A stretch of 6,911 bases of DNA, from the IMG/VR virus record IMGVR_UViG_3300045988_000843, positions 1 through 6,911 of that record. One strand, given 5' to 3'. Origin of the DNA: a virus. Below, in pieces: positions 1-4,486 of this stretch. The notes beneath the pieces were generated by a model. It had not been told where the DNA came from and ran no database searches. It saw nothing but the letters and a program-made list of their open reading frames with translations. The first letter of the stretch is position 1, and each line of letters opens with the position of its first letter. The position numbers and the translations under genes are program-made.

Positions 1-141
1 ACGAATAGTCCTAATTTGTCTTTGTTTCCGCTCTTGGCTTATCACAAGATTTGCAATGACCATTATCGTAATGAAAAATGGCAGCCTTTCGAACCGTGGA
101 CTTGTAACATTGATTATTTGGGACCTAGTGATAATATGAAC
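1..141. repeat. Terminal direct repeat, left copy; assembly overlap of a circular genome
   Basis: Base-by-base comparison: 1..141 (acgaatagtcctaatttgtc...gataatatgaac) is identical to 6771..6911. The repeat lies inside a continuous reading frame (VP1), as expected when a circle is linearised arbitrarily. Confidence 0.97.
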
Positions 142-1326
142 GCTAAGAGTTTCATACAGTCTAGTACGTTTAATACTTTGATGACGTCTATTATTGATTT
201 GGAAAATTCTAATCTTCCTATTGATTATTTTACATCAGTACTTCCACGTGCGCAGTATGGCGATGAGTCTGCAGTTTCTGTCGGTTTGAATAAAACTGAT
301 GCACTTTTCCGTATTAATGATGCTGCTGATGGTACTAAGGGTGCAATTTTTGGCGGTAGTTCTTACATTTCAGACGATAGTTTACAAAAAGCCAATTCCG
401 CTCCAGTTCCTGCTTATGATGGTTATGTTGCACCTGTTAGAACTGCTTCTACAGGTCTTCAGCTTGTTGGTTTTAGTGGTAAGCTTACTGCTGATGCTTC
501 TATGAAAATTTCTGCTTTGCGTTCTGCTACTGCTCTGCAAAAATATAAGGAAATTCAGAATAGCAATGACCCCGACTTTGCTGCACAGGTTCTTGCTCAT
601 TTTGGTATTAAGCCAAAGGTTGATTCTCGTGTTTCTGTTTTCATTGGTGGTGATGATAAAACTCTTAGTATAAATCCACAGGTTAATACTAACTTTCAGA
701 ATGGCGGAGAGCCGGAGATTAAGGCTATCGGTATTGGTGATTTGTCAGCAGGTTGCAAATTTACCTCTACTACCTACGGTATGATTATCGGAATTTATCG
801 GGCTATCCCCCAGCTTGATTATTCTCATGTTGGTATTGATAGAAATTTGTTTAAGACTGATGCATCTGATTTTCCTATTCCGGAAGCAGATTCTATTGGT
901 ATGCAAACACAATATCGTTGTGAGTTGAGCGCTCCATTGATGGGTTTGAACGACTTTTTGGTTCCGTATGATTATCAAGCTAGCCCTTTGGATATGTCTG
1001 TTACTTATGGTTATTCTCCTAGATATGCGGAATTGAAAAGTGCTCGTGATTACTATGAGGGTGGTTTCTGTGGTACTTATTCTACTTGGGTTACAGGTTA
1101 TGATCAATCTTTTTTGTCTTCATGGCGTCGAAATCGTGGTTCTGTTAGTGTTACCGATTACGATAGTATCGAAGATTTGTTTAAGTGTCGAGCATCTTTG
1201 CTCTATCCTATCTTTGTAAATCAATGGTCGGGTACTGTGAATGATGATAAACTTCTTATTGGCAGTGTTAATACTTGCGTGGCTGTTCGCCCATTCAGTA
1301 TGTACGGTTTGCCTTATTCAAAATAA
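1..1326 (+). CDS. VP1: Major capsid protein VP1, C-terminal 441 codons plus stop; continuation of 6045..6770 across the circular junction (full length 683 aa)
   Basis: The frame is open from base 1 to TAA at 1324..1326. The track's start at 16 is a TTG forced as Met inside the ORF. It contains the capsid motif PLLAYHKICNDHYRNE (compare the P.RAY..I.N.YYRD box of Microviridae capsids). Codon usage is strongly NNT, like the rest of the genome. Confidence 0.93.
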   Translation, partial: TNSPNLSLFPLLAYHKICNDHYRNEKWQPFEPWTCNIDYLGPSDNMNAKSFIQSSTFNTLMTSIIDLENSNLPIDYFTSVLPRAQYGDESAVSVGLNKTDALFRINDAADGTKGAIFGGSSYISDDSLQKANSAPVPAYDGYVAPVRTASTGLQLVGFSGKLTADASMKISALRSATALQKYKEIQNSNDPDFAAQVLAHFGIKPKVDSRVSVFIGGDDKTLSINPQVNTNFQNGGEPEIKAIGIGDLSAGCKFTSTTYGMIIGIYRAIPQLDYSHVGIDRNLFKTDASDFPIPEADSIGMQTQYRCELSAPLMGLNDFLVPYDYQASPLDMSVTYGYSPRYAELKSARDYYEGGFCGTYSTWVTGYDQSFLSSWRRNRGSVSVTDYDSIEDLFKCRASLLYPIFVNQWSGTVNDDKLLIGSVNTCVAVRPFSMYGLPYSK

Positions 1327-1343
1327 TTTAATGTTGTTTGATT

Positions 1344-1793
1344 ATGAAAGCTAAAAATAAAGTAGTTTATGTTCCTCCTGTTTATGAGGAAGTTCAGCAT
1401 GAAGTCACTTCCGTAGATGATAATAATGTTCCTTTGCGAACTTCTTTTCATACTGATGTATCTTTGTTGCAACGTATTGATAATATGCGTGTTGATGCAC
1501 AAACTTTGCGAGAGATTAAAGAATCTCTTCAGCCTATGATTGATAATTCTAATTTCCGTTCTCAGTTTGAAGAGACCTTTGGTTCTCTGACTGATGATGA
1601 GCTTATTAATTCATGCCCTAGTCGTTATACTCAAACGGCTAGTGAAAAGATGAGTTATTTGAAAGAACTTGCTGCTAAGGATAAGGACGCTCGGGAGAAG
1701 GCGGCTGCTGCGGCAAAGGAAAAAGAAGAGAAAGATAAACTTGAGAAAGAAAATCAAGAATTTCAGTCTCGACTTATGGAAATCTTTAAATGA
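1344..1793 (+). CDS. Hypothetical 149-aa protein between VP1 and VP2; possible internal scaffolding (VP3-like) protein
   Basis: The track ORF 1338..1793 begins at a TTG; the first ATG is at 1344. Codon structure is good. The C-terminal third is charged, Lys/Glu/Ala-rich and probably helical (KELAAKDKDAREKAAAAAKEKEEKDKLEKENQEF). Its TGA stop overlaps the VP2 ATG (ATGA at 1790..1793), which suggests translational coupling. Function is inferred only from position, size and composition. Confidence 0.7.
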   Translation: MKAKNKVVYVPPVYEEVQHEVTSVDDNNVPLRTSFHTDVSLLQRIDNMRVDAQTLREIKESLQPMIDNSNFRSQFEETFGSLTDDELINSCPSRYTQTASEKMSYLKELAAKDKDAREKAAAAAKEKEEKDKLEKENQEFQSRLMEIFK

Positions 1794-3259
1794 TTTTGCT
1801 TATGTTGTCTAATTTTATTGTTCGGAGTGCTGCCGCTTTTGGCGGTACTCCTTTTCGTTTAAATAAGTGTACTGCTCTCGGTTCTGCTGGTAGTGGTGCC
1901 GTTGCTGGTGCTGCAGCTGGTGGCGTTCCTGGCGCTCTTGTAGGTGGTGCTTTAGGTATTGCTAGTTCGTTAGTCGGTGGTTTGTTCGGTAAACATAATA
2001 CTGATAAAACTAATGCAATGAATTATAAAATCATGCAAGAGCAAAATAAGTTTAATGCTGCAGAAGCCAAAAAACTTAGAGATTGGCAAGAAATGATGTA
2101 TCGTATGTATGGTACGTCTTCCGCTAAAGCTAATGATATGCGTGCTGCGGGTCTTAATGCTCTTCTCGGTGACGTTTCCGCAAGTGGTAATGTTGGTAGT
2201 GGTGTTGCTGCTACCGCTGCGGAATCTGCTCAAATGATGCCTACCGATTACTCGTTTATTGCTGATGCTGCTGATAGTGGTCTTGCGGGATATAATACTA
2301 TGCGTTCCGTTGATGCTTCCGTTTCTCTTCAAAAGTCTCAAGAGAATGTGAATAAGTCTATTGAGGGTATTAATGTTGCGCAAAAAGGTCTTATTGAATC
2401 TCAAACCGATTTGCAAAAAATGACTTATAAATTCGCTCAAGATACTTATCAGAATAGACTGTTACAAGAGCAATTTAAGGCTGAATTGGCTAATTGGCAA
2501 GGTTTTGATGCTATGTATGATGCTCGCTTAAAAGCTTTCAGTCTCTACAATGTTATGCCGCAAGAAGTTGAGAAGAATGTTGCTCAAACTATGTCGTTCT
2601 ATGCTTCTGCTTTTCGTGATATTGCTGACGGTAAGTATACGCTTAAACAGACTGAAAATTATGGGCGTTGGCTTTCTATTCAGCAAACGTTTGCTCATGC
2701 TGCCACTGTCCAAGGACAGGCAGCTTTAATGCAAGGTCGTGCCGCTTTAACCAATGCTAGTGCCAATGCTTCTTATCTGGGTAAATTAGGTAAATATTAT
2801 GGCTCTTTAACTTCTGGTCAAAATATGACTAATGAAATGTCACGATATTATACTGACTTTATGTTAGGTAAAATGCCGCTTGGTAAAGCAGAATCTCTTC
2901 TGCGTCAAACACCTTATAGGCACCTGTTGGATTTGAATATACAACAGAATGAGTGGTCACTTAATAAGTTGATGCAAGAGCCGGATTTGATACGTTCCCT
3001 TAGTGGTATGTATAAATCAGAAACATCTCTTACCAATAAGCGTGTTGATAGTTATGATACCGATAAAATCTTTGAGCGTGTCGAATCTGTTTCCCGTATG
3101 GTTAAAAATATCTCTGATGGTGTTAGTAACTTTACACCTAAGCCTAGATTTAATAAAGGTTCTTCTACGGGTAGCGAATCGACACCGCCACCGAGTGGTA
3201 AATCTTGGCTTGATGCTTATCGTGAAAACCCTGATTATAACCCTACAGGTTATAGATAA
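1790..3259 (+). CDS. VP2: DNA pilot / minor capsid protein VP2 (phiX174 H-like), 489 aa
   Basis: Gly/Ala-rich hydrophobic N-terminus (GSAGSGAVAGAAAGGVPGALVGGALGIASSLVGGLFG, glycine-zipper-like). This is followed by QEQNKFNAAEAKKLRDWQEMMYRMYG...MRAAGLNALLG, which resembles the conserved VP2 core (..AF...E..K.R.WQE.M....Y......M.AAGLNP.L). Long Gln/Ala/Leu-rich helical segments follow. It ends in a double stop, TAATAA (3257..3262). An alternative start is the ATG at 1802. Confidence 0.85.
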   Translation: MILLMLSNFIVRSAAAFGGTPFRLNKCTALGSAGSGAVAGAAAGGVPGALVGGALGIASSLVGGLFGKHNTDKTNAMNYKIMQEQNKFNAAEAKKLRDWQEMMYRMYGTSSAKANDMRAAGLNALLGDVSASGNVGSGVAATAAESAQMMPTDYSFIADAADSGLAGYNTMRSVDASVSLQKSQENVNKSIEGINVAQKGLIESQTDLQKMTYKFAQDTYQNRLLQEQFKAELANWQGFDAMYDARLKAFSLYNVMPQEVEKNVAQTMSFYASAFRDIADGKYTLKQTENYGRWLSIQQTFAHAATVQGQAALMQGRAALTNASANASYLGKLGKYYGSLTSGQNMTNEMSRYYTDFMLGKMPLGKAESLLRQTPYRHLLDLNIQQNEWSLNKLMQEPDLIRSLSGMYKSETSLTNKRVDSYDTDKIFERVESVSRMVKNISDGVSNFTPKPRFNKGSSTGSESTPPPSGKSWLDAYRENPDYNPTGYR

Positions 3260-3265
3260 TAATTT

Positions 3266-3306
3266 GGGCGCAAAGGTTAACCCTTGCGCCCTTTTTGTTA
3301 TTTTTC
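3266..3306 (+). terminator. Rho-independent terminator after VP2
   Basis: GGGCGCAAAGG-TTAA-CCCTTGCGCCC (3266..3291) forms 8 GC-rich bp, one mismatch and 2 more bp around a 4-nt loop. It is followed directly by TTTTTGTTATTTTT and sits 7 nt after the stop codons. Confidence 0.85.
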
Positions 3307-3576
3307 TACTTTGATAAGTGTTTCTTTTATTCTTCGGTCTCCTTCTGCTGTCTTTTCACTTTTATAGCAATATAAACTGCCTACTCTTTTTTCGGTTGCA
3401 TATCCCATTGAGTTATATTCACTTTGTACTATCAAATAATTTAGTTAAATATTTGTTAATTGTACGTTGAACAATGCAAACACGTTTTTAGATAATTCTC
3501 ATTCAACATAAATATCTTCCGTAAAAATCCATATTTTTCTTATGAAATAATAAAAATTTATATTATACTCTTAATG

Positions 3577-3641
3577 TATCTGTTTTGTATTTGTGTGCGT
3601 GCGCATTTTATACGTACGTACACAATTTAACTAAACAGATA
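3577..3641 (+). other. 65-nt compound hairpin / inverted repeat in the large noncoding region; candidate ssDNA structural signal such as a complementary-strand origin
   Basis: The outer stem TATCTGTTT (3577..3585) pairs perfectly with AAACAGATA (3633..3641), 9 bp. The inner stem 3591..3605 pairs with 3611..3625 over 15 positions: 12 Watson-Crick, 2 G-T and 1 mismatch. The loop is TTTTA. Both inner arms alternate strictly between pyrimidine and purine (tgtgtgcgtgcgca; tatacgtacgtacaca). Confidence 0.6.
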
Positions 3642-3763
3642 TTTTGTTTTGGTTTGTCTGCTAGAAAAACCTTAGCTTCGCGCGGAAAAGTCTGTAACTC
3701 TTTACTAACTACCTTTTTATGAAAATTTTCCCCCGAAAATTCCTACTCTCTTGTTTGAGGTAG

Positions 3764-3805
3764 GCAAAAGCGGGAATACATATTCCCTAGTTACTGCGCT
3801 TTTGT
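3764..3805 (+). other. Nested hairpin upstream of the small-gene cluster; possible operator or structural element
   Basis: The outer stem CAAAAGCG (3765..3772) pairs with CGCTTTTG (3797..3804), 8 bp. The inner near-palindrome is GGGAATA-CA-TATTCCC (3772..3787). A perfect 10-bp palindrome GAAAATTTTC lies just upstream at 3721..3730, with GAAAATT repeated at 3735..3741. Confidence 0.45.
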
Positions 3806-3842
3806 TCCCCCTGTAATTACTTTCTTAAATAGTGTTAACAAA

Positions 3843-3874
3843 TTTGGTGCTTTCATTTCTTCTCTTTATTTTTG
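3843..3874 (+). promoter_or_regulatory. Candidate Bacteroides-type promoter (-33 TTTG / -7 TAnnTTTG) for the small-gene and rep operon
   Basis: TTTG at 3843..3846, a 20-nt spacer, then TATTTTTG at 3867..3874. This is the only exact TAnnTTTG in the 619-nt noncoding region. The spacing is as I recall for the Bacteroides primary-sigma consensus. It would place the transcription start at or within a few nt of the ATG at 3879, giving a leaderless mRNA, which is a caveat. Confidence 0.4.
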
Positions 3875-3878
3875 CGCC

Positions 3879-4097
3879 ATGAAAAAGGAAATTATACAAA
3901 TTATCCTCAAAGTCGCTATCTATGCGCTTGGGTTGATAGCTGCTTATTTCGGAGTCACTTCTTTGGCTTCTTGCAGTACGTCTCACAATGTAGTTGCTCG
4001 TGGTCGCACTACAATTGTAACTGTTGATACCACATATGTCAAACATGGCGGTTCTGTCCGCTCTAAAAATTTTAAGCCTTATGGTGAAATTGAATAG
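3879..4097 (+). CDS. Small membrane-anchored protein, possible lipoprotein (72 aa); function unknown
   Basis: ATG start and good coding texture (gct/tct/ggt/gtt codons). N-terminus is MKKEIIQIILK followed by the hydrophobic VAIYALGLIAAYFGVTS, then the lipobox-like L-A-S-C (Cys32, codon 3972..3974). The hydrophilic tail is 40 aa. Confidence 0.65.
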   Translation: MKKEIIQIILKVAIYALGLIAAYFGVTSLASCSTSHNVVARGRTTIVTVDTTYVKHGGSVRSKNFKPYGEIE

Positions 4098-4260
4098 TCG
4101 TTGTTATATTGTTGAGGTTAACGGTGTCGAATATATCGTTAAGTATGGCAAAATTGATGAGTTCATCTGTTTGTTTTTACCTGGTGTAGTTGTTGTGAAA
4201 TCTATGACTACTTCACCTGTCTCTTGGGAACATGAATATCAGTGGTACAAACGTATTTAG
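4081..4260 (+). CDS. Hypothetical small protein (59 aa from ATG 4081; the track's 78-aa version starts at TTG 4024)
   Basis: The open frame shows gene-like NNT codon bias (gtt gag gtt aac ggt gtc gaa tat atc gtt aag tat ggc). ATG 4081 overlaps the previous stop by only 17 nt. ATGs at 4036 and 4045 are alternatives. I recognise no motif. Confidence 0.55.
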   Translation: MVKLNSRCYIVEVNGVEYIVKYGKIDEFICLFLPGVVVVKSMTTSPVSWEHEYQWYKRI

Positions 4261-4273
4261 TTTTTTTTTGCTT

Positions 4274-4477
4274 ATGACGGCTAAAGATTATTTGACTGCC
4301 CTCAAAGTCATCAGAGAGATTCAGCGTAAACAGGCATATTGTAGCGGTCAGTCTAAACCCTATCTTGCTGAAACGTTGAAAGAGATTGAAATGTATTGTC
4401 CTTTGGATTTTTCCAAAAGTGGCGGTCGTGTTACCGATAAGGTTATTTTAAGTTGTTATAGTGGTAATTTATTTTAA
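4274..4477 (+). CDS. Hypothetical small protein (67 aa from ATG 4274; 81 aa if ATG 4232 is used)
   Basis: Open frame with coding texture. ATG 4274 follows the preceding stop (4260) and a T9 run. ATG 4232 would overlap the previous gene by 29 nt. The N-terminal half looks helical (KDYLTALKVIREIQRKQ) and there are three Cys. I recognise no motif. Confidence 0.6.
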   Translation: MTAKDYLTALKVIREIQRKQAYCSGQSKPYLAETLKEIEMYCPLDFSKSGGRVTDKVILSCYSGNLF

Positions 4478-4486
4478 TACATAGTT

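Noticed and set aside
299-505. A very hydrophobic 68-aa +1-frame ORF lies inside VP1 and is tempting as a phiX174 E-like overprinted lysis gene.
   Set aside because: VP1 uses NNT codons heavily, so the +1 frame automatically reads xTx codons (Phe, Leu, Ile, Met, Val) and is depleted in stops. The hydrophobicity is a by-product of that bias. With no independent start signal or conservation evidence, it cannot be supported from this sequence alone.
16-1326. The track ORF appears as an independent 436-aa gene starting at 16.
   Set aside because: Its 'M' is a TTG inside an open frame that runs from base 1 and continues from 6045..6770 around the circle. It is the C-terminal part of VP1, not a separate gene.
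2835-2860. I searched for a phiX174-like origin core (CAACTTGATATTAATAACAC). The best partial hits are CGATATTATACTGAC in VP2 and ACTTGTAACATTGATTATTTG at about 99..119.
   Set aside because: Only 7 to 9 scattered identities, in T/A-rich coding sequence. That is not distinguishable from chance, so the plus-strand nick site cannot be located by eye.
3003-3314. A 103-aa hydrophobic ORF overlaps the 3' end of VP2 and reads through the terminator.
   Set aside because: It shows the same NNT-bias artefact as above, and it runs across the terminator hairpin and T-tract, which is implausible for a real gene end.
3298-3408. A minus-strand 36-codon ORF (MGYATEKRVGSLYCYKSEKTAEGDRRIKETLIKVEK) sits in the C/T-rich tract and ends just before the terminator hairpin.
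   Set aside because: It is short, and its charged composition follows simply from the purine-rich antisense of a pyrimidine tract. The hairpin lacks a T-tract in that orientation, and minus-strand genes are unknown in the family. It is worth a glance only if minus-strand transcripts are ever detected.
3423-3450. A dif-like XerC/XerD site: TTTAGTTAAAT (3440..3450) matches the E. coli XerD arm TTATGTTAAAT at 9 of 11 positions.
   Set aside because: The would-be XerC arm (TTTGTACTATC) matches at only 3 of 11, and the inner ATAA/TTAT symmetry is absent. The surrounding DNA is so A/T-rich that such a half-site match is expected by chance. I also do not know the Bacteroidota dif consensus well enough to score it properly.
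3467-3496. A sigma70-like promoter, TTGAAC-18 nt-GATAAT.
   Set aside because: It is a decent match to the E. coli consensus but lies in an A/T-rich block where such matches are common. It is about 380 nt from the next gene, and the other evidence points to a Bacteroidota host whose primary sigma factor uses different motifs.
4024-4260. Longer versions of the small ORFs: 78 aa from 4024 and 81 aa from 4232.
   Set aside because: 4024 is a TTG and would overlap the preceding gene by 74 nt. 4232 is an ATG but overlaps by 29 nt and adds a Phe/Leu-rich stretch encoded by the T9 run. The shorter ATG starts are preferred, but the sequence alone cannot settle the true starts.
4261-4269. A T9 homopolymer lies between the second and third small ORFs, raising the idea of slippage or phase variation.
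   Set aside because: It lies in the gap between the stop at 4260 and ATG 4274, or in the dispensable N-terminal extension if ATG 4232 is used. There is no second frame to shift into productively. It is more simply a T-rich spacer.
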